This document shows, in pieces, positions 30,261-40,738 of a DNA stretch of 64,000 nt. Every line of letters starts with the position of its first letter. The first letter of the stretch is position 1. A model generated the notes under the pieces. The model made no database searches and was not told the DNA's origin. It worked only from the letters and a program-made list of their open reading frames with translations. The position numbers and the translations under genes are program-made. Origin of the DNA: an uncultured Candidatus Saccharibacteria bacterium (GTDB lineage Bacteria > Patescibacteriota > Minisyncoccia > Phycocordibacterales > DATDWN01); NCBI GenBank assembly GCA_964551495.1, contig CAZKCA010000001.1:34384-98383 (forward strand). Direction: 5' to 3'.

Positions 30261-31546
30261 TATTCTGTCTTTTTTATTAATTCAACTATCCCTGATATTG
30301 GTAGTTTATTTTCTGTTTCTGATTGGAGGTGTTTTATTGTATAAGAATCACTTTTTATTTCATCTTCACCAATAGCAAGAAAGTAAGGTATTTTTTGTTT
30401 CAGGGCTAATTTTATCTGATCACCTATTTTTTTGTTTGTTAAATTTACAGTGACATTTATACCTTCTGATCTTATAGCACTAGCTATATATTCAGCATTT
30501 TGTATAAAGTCTTCGTTTATAGTTCCTATAAATAGCTGACAATTTGATTTGTATTCTGGTAATAAATTGTGTGTTTCCAAAAAGTCTTTTACTGTTACAT
30601 CTCCAGCACCAAAACCAATAGCTGGGACTTTTTGTGCTCCAAAAATATCCAAAAGGTCATCATACCTTCCTCCTCCAAAAATAGATCGATTGTTTTCTGG
30701 AGAAGTGTCAAAAACTTCAAAAACTGTTCCTGTATAATAATCAAAACCTCTCATTAGTGTCGGATCAAATTTTATATTTTTTATACCATTTGCTTCTAGT
30801 TTTTCTATAAGTATGACTAAATCTTCTACGTTTTTATTTGATACTCCCAAAGTATTTAACAAAACTTCGTTTGAAGATATTAATCTAATAAAGTCATCAG
30901 TTTTATCTCCTAGTATTTCTTCTAGACTTGTTCGGAAAGTGTCTTCACTTATCTTATCTTTTTTATCTATTATTTTTGATAATTTGTATGATTTATCCTC
31001 ATCTAATGAAAAAAGATTGTATAAATCTTTCATTAGTTTTCTACTATTTAATCTAATAACAAAATCTTCTTCTTTTGCTCCGAAGTTTTTCATTATTGTA
31101 TAGGCGATTTTTATTATCTCAACATCAGCATCTTTAGATTCAACACCAAACAGGTCAACATTTAATTGCCAGTGTTCACGAAGTCTTCCTTTTTGAGGTT
31201 TCTCATATCTAAAGAGGTTTGGTATAGAGAACCATTTAATAGGAAAAGGTAGTTCTTTTACTTTGGCTGCTATCATTCTTGCAACAGTTGGGGTCATCTC
31301 TGGTCTTAAAGTAACCTCTCTTTCACCTCTGTCTAGGAAAGTATAAGTTTGTTCATTCACTATTTCTTCACCAGATTTTGCTCTGTATAATTCAGCTGAC
31401 TCTAGTATTGAGGCGCTGTATTCTTCGTAACCAAAAGATTTTGCGGTTTTTTTCCAGGTTTCAAATATGTAGTTTAGAACAAACATATCTTCTGGGTAAA
31501 AATCTCTTACCCCTTTATAACTTTCGGTACTTATTTTTTGTGACAT
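30260..31546 (-). CDS. hisS: Histidine--tRNA ligase
   Basis: KGVRDFYP, LRPEMT, FRYEKPQKGRLREH.Q, RGFDYYTG, GGGRYD. Confidence 0.97.
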   Translation of the reverse strand: MSQKISTESYKGVRDFYPEDMFVLNYIFETWKKTAKSFGYEEYSASILESAELYRAKSGEEIVNEQTYTFLDRGEREVTLRPEMTPTVARMIAAKVKELPFPIKWFSIPNLFRYEKPQKGRLREHWQLNVDLFGVESKDADVEIIKIAYTIMKNFGAKEEDFVIRLNSRKLMKDLYNLFSLDEDKSYKLSKIIDKKDKISEDTFRTSLEEILGDKTDDFIRLISSNEVLLNTLGVSNKNVEDLVILIEKLEANGIKNIKFDPTLMRGFDYYTGTVFEVFDTSPENNRSIFGGGRYDDLLDIFGAQKVPAIGFGAGDVTVKDFLETHNLLPEYKSNCQLFIGTINEDFIQNAEYIASAIRSEGINVTVNLTNKKIGDQIKLALKQKIPYFLAIGEDEIKSDSYTIKHLQSETENKLPISGIVELIKKTE

Positions 31547-31599
31547 GATAGATAAAGTATTAATAAAATGATAGACTTCTTTGTAAGTTTAACTAAAAA

Positions 31600-32358
31600 A
31601 TGACCAATATACAAGAAAAAGGGATACATTTGGTATATAAGAATCTTGGAGAAACACCGAAGGAGTGTATAGATAGATACAAAGAGAATAACTTAGAAAT
31701 AAAAGATATTCCTTTGACTTATGTTGGAAGACTTGATCCAATGGCTGAAGGACTTTTGATTTTTATAGAAAGCAACCTTTTACAAAAAAGAGGGGAATTT
31801 TTATCTTTGCCAAAAACTTATGTTTTTGAAATTTTATGGGGTTTACAGACAGACACAGGGGATGTTTTGGGTATGATTGAAAATGAAAAATTAAAAGTTC
31901 CAACGGAAGAACAAATAAAGAAAGTTTTAGACAAAAATTTAGGAGAATTTAGTCAAAAATATCCAATTTATTCTTCAGAGCCAGTAAAGGGTAAACCACT
32001 TTTTGTTTGGGCAAGAGAAGGAAAGGTTTCTGAGATAGAAATACCAGAACATGTAGTTTCTTTATATGAAGCGAAATTTTTAGAAAGAAGAGAAATTACT
32101 CCTTTGGATTTGTTTGAACAAATAAAAGAAAAAATTTCCAAAGTTAAAGGTGATTTTAGACAAGATGAGATAATTTCAAAATGGCAAGATGTTTTAAAAG
32201 ATAAAATACAAAACTTAGTGATAGACAAAATAGAAGTATCTGTCAGTTCTGGGTTTTATATAAGACAGTTTGTTCCGGATTTGGCGGATTCTTTAGGAAA
32301 CTGTGCTCTAGTTAACCACATTATCAGGACAAAAGTTGGGGATTACCAGTTGTTGTAA
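31600..32358 (+). CDS. truB: TruB-like pseudouridine synthase
   Basis: GRLDPMAEGLL catalytic Asp, TDTGD, SSGFYIR. Confidence 0.8.
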   Translation: MTNIQEKGIHLVYKNLGETPKECIDRYKENNLEIKDIPLTYVGRLDPMAEGLLIFIESNLLQKRGEFLSLPKTYVFEILWGLQTDTGDVLGMIENEKLKVPTEEQIKKVLDKNLGEFSQKYPIYSSEPVKGKPLFVWAREGKVSEIEIPEHVVSLYEAKFLERREITPLDLFEQIKEKISKVKGDFRQDEIISKWQDVLKDKIQNLVIDKIEVSVSSGFYIRQFVPDLADSLGNCALVNHIIRTKVGDYQLL

Positions 32359-32404
32359 TTTTTTTTAAAAAGTGGTATTTATATAAATAGGAAAGGAAAA
32401 GTTT

Positions 32405-32572
32405 TTGGCAACTTTCAATCCGGATATCCAATTTTTTGCGAGGGATCTCTTCAATTTTGATGAAGAGAGGAAGGAGGAAAAAAGGATTCGCCGAGCAAAG
32501 AAGCCAAGCCGAAGTCACGAGGGGACCGAAAGGAAACCCCCTCGGAACCGTCCGTGCTACCGCGCACGATAG
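32405..32572 (+). CDS. Unannotated 55-aa Arg/Lys-rich peptide
   Basis: AGGAAAGG SD-like sequence, TTG start, MATFNPDIQFFARDLFNFDEERKEEKRIRRAKKPSRSHEGTERKPPRNRPCYRAR; terminator directly after stop. Confidence 0.55.
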   Translation: MATFNPDIQFFARDLFNFDEERKEEKRIRRAKKPSRSHEGTERKPPRNRPCYRAR

Positions 32573-32576
32573 ACAC

Positions 32577-32602
32577 AAGCCCCCACATACGTGGGGGCTT
32601 TT
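32577..32602 (+). terminator. Intrinsic terminator
   Basis: AAGCCCCCAC-ATAC-GTGGGGGCTT-TT. Confidence 0.85.
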
Positions 32603-32639
32603 GAATATATAAACAACAAGAGACAAATAATTTATCATC

Positions 32640-32761
32640 GTCCTCGGTTTTTGTGAAATAAAGCACTCGAAGCTGGCCTCTCGCCAAACTCGCTACACTC
32701 AAACATGCTCCAGACTTACTTTATTTTCGTCGTTGTTTTCTAATATCCTGTGCAATGTTTT
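32640..32761. repeat. Chimeric foldback element (family-1 left arm plus composite-element right arm)
   Basis: 32640-32705 matches the reverse complement of 36109-36174 (3 mismatches); 32698-32761 matches 35938-36001 (2 mismatches). Confidence 0.85.
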
Positions 32762-32823
32762 GGGAAATAGTGTTTTATTATTAAATTTAATATTACTAAT
32801 TTATAATTATTTACAGTTTTTTT

Positions 32824-32977
32824 AATCTCCGAAACAACAACTTTTCTGGAGACTCCACAGCTTTTGGGCATGGTTTCGTCAAGGTATTCCTTCTTGACGA
32901 ACCAAAAGCGAGGACTGCCGAACAAACTCGCAGGAGTTTGTGAGGTTGCTCCAGAAAAGTTGTTGTGGAGGAGGTTA
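32824..32977. repeat. Foldback element, family 2, copy b
   Basis: 18-bp perfect stem 32834-32851/32949-32966; homologous to 29511-29661. Confidence 0.9.
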
Positions 32978-32985
32978 AATCGTAT

Positions 32986-34767
32986 TTACTTCTTAAAAAC
33001 CTTCTTTCTTAACCTTACAGACTTTGGAGTTATCTCTATGTATTCATCTTCAGCCATTATCTCCATGGCTTTTTCTATGTCTAATTTATAAGCAGGGGCA
33101 AGGAAAATTCCATCATCAGACCCAGAGGCACGCATGTTTGTAAGTTGTTTTCCTTTTATAGGATTTACTTGCAAATCATCTCCTTTAGAAACATTTCCAA
33201 TAACCATTCCTTCATAGACTTCCATACCAGGTTCTACATATAAAGTTCCTCTTTGTTGCAAGTTGTCTAGAGCAAAAGCTAAAACTTTTCCTTTCATCAT
33301 TGAAACCATAGATCCCAAATGACTTCTTTTTATTTCTCCAGCATAAGGTCTAAATTCTATAAACCTACTTGAAAGTATTCCTTGACCTTTTGTGTCTACG
33401 ACAAACTGTCCTCTGTAGCCCAAAAGTCCTCTAGTTGGTATTTCAAAAATAACTCTCTGAGTTGTATCTTCTTGTTTTATGTTTGTTATGATCCCTTTTC
33501 TACTAGTCAGTGTGCTTATCACAGCACTTGCAAGTTCATTTGGAACATCTACTATAACCTCTTCAAAAGGCTCAAGTTTAATTCCATTTTCTTCTTTTAT
33601 AATTACTTGTGGTTGAGAAACTTGAACTTCATATCCTTCTCGTCTCATGTTTTCTAGTAGGACAGCAATATGAAGCTCTCCTCGTCCATACACAGCAAAA
33701 CCTTCTTTAGTACCAGCAAACTCTCCTTTACTTTCAGGATTCCAATCAACTCGGAGGCCAACATTAACTTCAAGTTCTTTTTCCAATCTTTCTCTTATCT
33801 GTCTTCCTGTTACAAATTTCCCTTCGGTTCCAGCAAAAGGGGAGTCGTTTACTAAAAAGTTTAGAGAGATTGTTGGTTCATCTATCTTAATTGTTGGCAA
33901 AGGTTCTGTCTCAGGATCTTTGCAAATAGTGTCTCCAATATATATAGTCGGAAGTCCAGCGATCATAACAATATCTCCAGCAGTTGCCTCAGGGGTCTCT
34001 ACTCTTTTTGTTCCTTCAAATGTAAATATTTTTGTTATTTTTCCACTAACTGTTTCTGTATTGTGTTGTTTAAAATAAATTTGCTCACCTACTTTTACTG
34101 TTCCTTCGTATACTCTACAAATAGCCATTCTTCCTAAGAAATTATCGTAAGCAAGGTTAAAGGTTTGAAGTTTTGCCGGAGCATTTATGTCTCCGTTTGC
34201 TACTGGAACTTTTTCTAGGATTGTATCAAGTAGGGGAGTTAGATCTTTTGAATCTTCATCAAGTGTTCTTTTTGCTATTCCGTCTCTTCCAATAGCATAT
34301 ATAGTAGTGAAATCTATTTGGTGGTCATTTGCTCCAAGCTCTAAGAAAAGCTCCAGAACCATTTCGTGGACAGCGTCTGGTCTTGCAGCGGGTTTGTCTA
34401 TTTTGTTTATAACAACAATTGGCTTTAGTCCAAGTTCAAGTGATTTTTTCAAAACAAATCTTGTTTGAGGCATCGGCCCTTCTTGAGCATCTACCAAAAG
34501 CAAAACATCATCAATAGAACGAAGAACTCTTTCTACTTCAGATCCAAAGTCAGCGTGACCTGGTGTGTCCACTATGTTTATTTTTGTATCTTTGTAGTAG
34601 ATAGAAGTATTTTTAGCATAAATAGTGATACCTCTTTCAAGCTCTAGTGCATTAGAGTCCATTGTTGTCCCTTCCTCGGACATTCCTGTCTGACGCATCA
34701 AAGCATCGGTAAGAGTTGTCTTGCCGTGGTCTACGTGAGCTATGATCGCTATGTTTCTTATTTCCAT
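32986..34767 (-). CDS. typA: Translational GTPase TypA/BipA
   Basis: AHVDHGKTT, DTPGHADF, NKID, GRGELH, KQLTNMRASG. Confidence 0.97.
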   Translation of the reverse strand: MEIRNIAIIAHVDHGKTTLTDALMRQTGMSEEGTTMDSNALELERGITIYAKNTSIYYKDTKINIVDTPGHADFGSEVERVLRSIDDVLLLVDAQEGPMPQTRFVLKKSLELGLKPIVVINKIDKPAARPDAVHEMVLELFLELGANDHQIDFTTIYAIGRDGIAKRTLDEDSKDLTPLLDTILEKVPVANGDINAPAKLQTFNLAYDNFLGRMAICRVYEGTVKVGEQIYFKQHNTETVSGKITKIFTFEGTKRVETPEATAGDIVMIAGLPTIYIGDTICKDPETEPLPTIKIDEPTISLNFLVNDSPFAGTEGKFVTGRQIRERLEKELEVNVGLRVDWNPESKGEFAGTKEGFAVYGRGELHIAVLLENMRREGYEVQVSQPQVIIKEENGIKLEPFEEVIVDVPNELASAVISTLTSRKGIITNIKQEDTTQRVIFEIPTRGLLGYRGQFVVDTKGQGILSSRFIEFRPYAGEIKRSHLGSMVSMMKGKVLAFALDNLQQRGTLYVEPGMEVYEGMVIGNVSKGDDLQVNPIKGKQLTNMRASGSDDGIFLAPAYKLDIEKAMEIMAEDEYIEITPKSVRLRKKVFKK

Positions 34768-34917
34768 AATAAAAATTGCCGTTAAAATCGTTCTTTACAA
34801 AAAAGACAAACGAAAGTCCATTAAATCACAAAATAAGGCTTTAAGTCAACCTTTGAGAGGGTTTTCTTTTGTGTATTTCTTTTCACCAAAAAATTTTTCT
34901 TTTGGTATAATGTTTTT

Positions 34918-35172
34918 ATGCAACCAATCGAGACTCCACCTTTTATAGAAAAAGTTTCAGAAGTCTTTTCTTATATTATCTCTCAAACCCCAGCTTTAAA
35001 TATTTTTCTTATTATATTTTTTGTATTTTATTTCATTATATCTGCGATACTTATGTATCACTGGAATGCTTATGGTATGAAAGCTCAGGGTGTAATTGTG
35101 GCTGAAACTTTGTATGTTTTTGTTTCTTTAGCATTATTTCTATTTGCTTCTTTAGCATTATTTTATTTTTAA
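34918..35172 (+). CDS. Small membrane protein
   Basis: Two TM segments, ILMYHW..YG motif, extended -10 6 nt before ATG. Confidence 0.7.
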   Translation: MQPIETPPFIEKVSEVFSYIISQTPALNIFLIIFFVFYFIISAILMYHWNAYGMKAQGVIVAETLYVFVSLALFLFASLALFYF

Positions 35173-35176
35173 AATT

Positions 35177-35728
35177 ATGATCAAGAAAAAATTAAATCTA
35201 GATCAGGACGAAAATGTCTTATTGGAAGTTAGGAGGCATTGGATAATTTTCTTAGGACACTCTTTAGCTTTACTTTTTGCGGCCATCTTGCCTTTTGCTG
35301 TTTTTACTTTGTTTAAAATGTTTTTGCCACAAATAATAGATGCAATACAAATATCTGGAAATGAAACAGCTTTATTTACTTTCTTTTATTGTTTGTGGCT
35401 TTTGTTTTTGTGGTGTTCTTTTTTTATAGAATGGACCAAATATTATTTGGATGTTTGGTATGTGACAGAAAAGAGAATAATAGACATAGAACAAAGAGGG
35501 TTGTTTTCTAGGGAGATCACTAACTTAAGGTTTGATAAAATCCAAGACGTTACTATAGATACTCATGGCTTTATCGCTACTCTTTTAGGTTTTGGAAATA
35601 TAAGAGTTCAAACTGCTGCTGAAGATAGTAGAAGTTTCTACATGGCCACAGTTTCTCATCCGGAAAGAGTCAGACAGGTTATATTTAATCAGCACAACAT
35701 CTCACAAAAAGGAGGTGGGGGTTTGTAA
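35177..35728 (+). CDS. Membrane protein with bacterial PH domain
   Basis: VRRHW, two TM, VTEKRIIDIEQ.GLF, IQDV, FGNIRVQTA. Confidence 0.85.
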   Translation: MIKKKLNLDQDENVLLEVRRHWIIFLGHSLALLFAAILPFAVFTLFKMFLPQIIDAIQISGNETALFTFFYCLWLLFLWCSFFIEWTKYYLDVWYVTEKRIIDIEQRGLFSREITNLRFDKIQDVTIDTHGFIATLLGFGNIRVQTAAEDSRSFYMATVSHPERVRQVIFNQHNISQKGGGGL

Positions 35729-35737
35729 CAATAAAAT

Positions 35738-36021
35738 AAAAACAAAACATATTTTTAAAAACCCGCATAAAACCATCTGATTACAGATGGTTTTTGCTAT
35801 CCCTTACAGGGACTGTACACCTTTCACATTTGATTACAAATGCTCAAGGTCTTGCGAAGCTATAACATAGCTTCTCACTCGAATATAAAGAAAACAATCT
35901 CCTCAATACGTAGTCTTTCGCAAACTCGGCAAAAAGCCTCAAACATGCTCAAGACTTACTTTATTTTCGTCATTGTTTTCTAATATCCTGTGCAATGTTT
36001 TTAAAAATATGTTTTGTTTTT
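35738..36021. repeat. Composite 284-bp foldback element (module 3 plus family-1-like core)
   Basis: Perfect 25-bp terminal inverted repeat 35738-35762/35997-36021 enclosing several hairpins and AAACTC-GGC-AAAAA-GCC-TCAAACA. Confidence 0.88.
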
Positions 36022-36035
36022 TTGTTTAGTCCAAA

Positions 36036-36195
36036 TCAAAAGCACACTAATAAAAACATTCGCAGGTTTTTGACTGAAATAACAGCGAGAAGCGCCAGCC
36101 GGAGACACTGTCTGAGCGTAGCGAGTTTGGCGGGAGGCCAGCTTCGAGTGCTTTATTTCACAAAAACCGAGGACGTTTTTAGTGTGTGCTTTTGA
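36036..36195. repeat. Foldback element, family 1, copy D
   Basis: Core TGTCTGAGCGTAGCGAGTTT 36109-36128; complementary arms; opposite orientation to copy A. Confidence 0.9.
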
Positions 36196-36254
36196 CTTCA
36201 TTTTACCAACCACAACTCTCGTGATAGAATAAGTTCCGTTAATAATTAATTTGA

Positions 36255-37565
<1,311 letters not shown>

Positions 37566-37596
37566 TAGCTTTCAAAAAATTTAGTATAATAGCTTT

Positions 37597-39105
37597 ATGA
37601 ATAAACACAAACAAGTCCTTTTAGTCGTGCTTGATGGTTGGGGTTATAGAGAAGATTCTAAAGATAATGCTATAGCACAAGCAAATACTCCTGTGTTTGA
37701 TAGGTTATGGAAAGATTATCCTCATTCATTACTCAAAGCTTCTGGTGAAGCAGTGGGACTTCCAGAAGGACAAATGGGTAACAGTGAAGTTGGTCATATG
37801 ACAATCGGCGCTGGTAAACCTTTAGATCAAGATTTAGTTAGGATAAAAAAGGCTATAGATTCTGGAGAATATGCTAAAAATCCAGCTTTTCTGGCTCTGT
37901 TTGATCATGTAAAAAAGAATGATTCAACCCTGCATGTTCAAGGACTTCTTTCGGATGGAGGTGTACATAGTCATATGGAACATCTTTTTGCTTTTCTAAA
38001 AGCAGCTAGAGAAAACGGTGTTAAAAGAGTAGCTATTCATGTTTTTACAGATGGCCGAGATACTGCTCCTCAAAGTGGTGCTGGTTATTTGAAAAAATTG
38101 GAAGAGATTTTGGAACAAGTTGGAATTGGTTTTATTGCCTCTGTTTCTGGAAGATTTTATGCAATGGATAGAGATAACAATTGGGATAGACTTGATAAGG
38201 TAGAAAAAGCTTTGTTTGAATGTAAAGGAAATGTTTGTACACTAAAACCTTCTGAATATGTAGAAAATCTTTATAAAGAAAATAAAATAGACGAGACTAT
38301 TGAACCAATAGTTTGTCTTGGTGCAGACGGTAAAGGTTGTGCCATAGAAGCTCATGACGGAGTTTTTTTCTTTAACTTTAGGGCAGATAGGGCCAGGATG
38401 ATTTCTTCAAAAATTTTAGAAAAAACTAACAAAGAAGATATTTGTTTTGTGACTCTGACAGAGTATGGGGCAGAATTTAAGTGTTTAGTTGCTTTCCCAC
38501 CAGAAGTTATTTGTTCAACTTTAGCAAAAGAGATTTCAAATGCAGGTCTTACTCAGGCACATATAGCAGAAACAGAAAAGTTTCCTCATGCAACCTACTT
38601 TTTAAATGGAGGTGTAGAAAAACCTTATCCGGGTGAAGAGCATATTCTTATCCCAAGTCAGAAAGAATTTCCAACTCATGATATGGCTCCAAAAATGCAG
38701 GCCAAAGGTATTGCAGACAAAACAATAGAGCAAATAGAAAAAGGAACACAGTTTATTTTTGTAAATATCGCAAATGCAGATATGGTGGGGCACTCAGCCA
38801 ATGTGCCGGCTATTATAGAGTCTGTGGAAGAAGCTGATAAGCAACTCGGAAGAATGGTAGAGGCTATAGAGAAAAGTGGAGGACTTGCTTTCATAACAGC
38901 AGATCATGGTAATGCAGAGGTAAATATTGATCCACAAACAGGCAATAAACATACAGCTCATACTACAAATCCCGTCCCAGCTATTGTTACAGACAAAAGT
39001 TATAAACTAAAAGATGGAACTTTGGCAGATATAGCGCCAACTATTTTAGCTGTACTCGACCTTCCAAAACCAGACTGTATGACAGGTAGTGTTTTGGTTG
39101 AATAA
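37597..39105 (+). CDS. gpmI: 2,3-BPG-independent phosphoglycerate mutase
   Basis: LDGWG, GQMGNSEVGH, DMVGH, TADHGN, HTAHT. Confidence 0.97.
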   Translation: MNKHKQVLLVVLDGWGYREDSKDNAIAQANTPVFDRLWKDYPHSLLKASGEAVGLPEGQMGNSEVGHMTIGAGKPLDQDLVRIKKAIDSGEYAKNPAFLALFDHVKKNDSTLHVQGLLSDGGVHSHMEHLFAFLKAARENGVKRVAIHVFTDGRDTAPQSGAGYLKKLEEILEQVGIGFIASVSGRFYAMDRDNNWDRLDKVEKALFECKGNVCTLKPSEYVENLYKENKIDETIEPIVCLGADGKGCAIEAHDGVFFFNFRADRARMISSKILEKTNKEDICFVTLTEYGAEFKCLVAFPPEVICSTLAKEISNAGLTQAHIAETEKFPHATYFLNGGVEKPYPGEEHILIPSQKEFPTHDMAPKMQAKGIADKTIEQIEKGTQFIFVNIANADMVGHSANVPAIIESVEEADKQLGRMVEAIEKSGGLAFITADHGNAEVNIDPQTGNKHTAHTTNPVPAIVTDKSYKLKDGTLADIAPTILAVLDLPKPDCMTGSVLVE

Positions 39106-39176
39106 TTGACCAAATAACCTTTTTATATTAAAATCTTTGACTGGTTGTTCTTTGGAACACAGGAAGGAAGGTTTTG

Positions 39177-39734
39177 ATGGTCAGACTTTTTGGAGATTCT
39201 AAAAATAGAGCTTTTGTTTTTCTAGGATTTCCTGGGGCAGGTAAGGGTGAACACTGCAAATACTTTAAGGATTATTATGGTTTTTACCATGTTGAAGTTG
39301 GTTATTTAATGAGGTCTAATCCAACTCTTCTTGCTTATACAGATGCAGGAATACCCTGTCCTTTTAATGAGGTATCTAGAGCTGTTTCGGAAGAGGTTAA
39401 AAAAGCCTCTTTTAAAAACATTGTTCTAGATGGGGCGCCCAGAGATGTCGATCAAGTTGGAATGGTTATTAACTTGCTAGAAGGATATTCAGTAAAGTAT
39501 ATAGTTCTGGAATGCCAATGGACCACCGCTTTTAATAGAGCAATACAAAGAGCAAGGCCGGATAGTACTCCGGAAATAGTTACAAAACGTCTAAATGATT
39601 ATGTAATATCAATAGACAAAATTTTAGATGAACTAGAAAGAAGGAGGCAAGATATTGTACATGTCAATGCTGAGCCTCCAGTCGAAGAAGTTCGTCTAGA
39701 GCTCTTGAAAATAATTTCTCCTGTTTCTGTCTAA
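39177..39734 (+). CDS. Divergent adenylate/NMP kinase-like protein
   Basis: P-loop GFPGAGKG, LDGAPR, short LID; own promoter, SD and terminator (39744-39768). Confidence 0.8.
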   Translation: MVRLFGDSKNRAFVFLGFPGAGKGEHCKYFKDYYGFYHVEVGYLMRSNPTLLAYTDAGIPCPFNEVSRAVSEEVKKASFKNIVLDGAPRDVDQVGMVINLLEGYSVKYIVLECQWTTAFNRAIQRARPDSTPEIVTKRLNDYVISIDKILDELERRRQDIVHVNAEPPVEEVRLELLKIISPVSV

Positions 39735-39868
39735 ACCCATTTTAGCGGGCCGGTAACGGCCTGCTTTTCTTTTGTGTAAAAAATACGGTCTATTGACAAA
39801 AAAGCTTGTTTTATGTAGGTTTATGGCGTTGCCCAAGAGGGCACAGGTTCTTTGAGAGAGGTGATGTA

Positions 39869-40660
39869 GTGCGAAATCTCGCAATCTTGCTTGTACTTTT
39901 CTGCTTTGTCCTTTTGGGCAACGCAAATGTCATCACCCCATCTTTTGATGGGGCACCTGCTGGTGGATGGGTCACGGACCGTTACCAACCCAATGTATTC
40001 GCAGATATCGGCTCTTTTCAGGGCCGAAGCGACGTTCTCCAAATCGGCATCAACGCTGCTCAGGGAATGGGCAACCGTCTTTCTGGCCAGAACGGTCAGT
40101 TCTACAATACACAGGGTATGCAGTACCTTGTGTCGGGTGGAGTTGGGTCATCCATCTCAGCTGATCTGTGGATCCCGGAAGAGTGGCGAAGCGAGCTGAA
40201 TGGTTCGCGGCGGACCGACATCTGGGGAATCATGACTGATGGTACAAATGTCACAGGGTACCTCATTTTGGGATTCACCAATTATGGAGGGACTCCAACC
40301 TTCAGGGCGTGGGAAGATACTGTTGGCAGTTGGCAGATTCTCGCCAATCCCATCCAATATAATGCATGGAATACTCTTGCGATTGTCTTTCAAGGCACTT
40401 CGTATGAGTTCTATGTAAATGGATCTTTGGCCTGGACAGATAACACAGTCAATGGATCTACCGGGTTCCGAGGCCTGATCATGCAAGCCTACAACTTCAA
40501 CGGGGATGGCTCCCTTAACGCCGTCACCGCAAATGGGACAGGGAATTACTCTGCTCATTGGGCTAATACGTCCGAAGTCCCTGAGCCGGGCACAGTTCTT
40601 CTTTCTGGTCTTGGTCTTCTGGCCCTCGGCCTCTGGCGTCGGCGCCAGCAAAGGCAGTGA
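39869..40660 (+). CDS. PEP-CTERM sorting-domain surface protein
   Basis: Signal peptide after GAGGTG SD and GTG start; C-terminus VPEPGTVLLSGLGLLALGLWRRRQQRQ; much higher GC than flanks. Confidence 0.88.
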   Translation: MRNLAILLVLFCFVLLGNANVITPSFDGAPAGGWVTDRYQPNVFADIGSFQGRSDVLQIGINAAQGMGNRLSGQNGQFYNTQGMQYLVSGGVGSSISADLWIPEEWRSELNGSRRTDIWGIMTDGTNVTGYLILGFTNYGGTPTFRAWEDTVGSWQILANPIQYNAWNTLAIVFQGTSYEFYVNGSLAWTDNTVNGSTGFRGLIMQAYNFNGDGSLNAVTANGTGNYSAHWANTSEVPEPGTVLLSGLGLLALGLWRRRQQRQ

Positions 40661-40672
40661 GTTCTTTCAACC

Positions 40673-40703
40673 AAAAGCCGTGGGTTAACCCCCACGGCTT
40701 TTT
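40673..40703 (+). terminator. Intrinsic terminator
   Basis: AAAAGCCGTGGG-loop-CCCACGGCTTTTT. Confidence 0.85.
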
Positions 40704-40738
40704 ACTTACTTAAAATATTCTTCAACCTATTACAATCA

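Noticed and set aside
39821-40688. Several overlapping ORFs on both strands of the PEP-CTERM gene
   Set aside because: Expected shadow ORFs in a locally high-GC gene.
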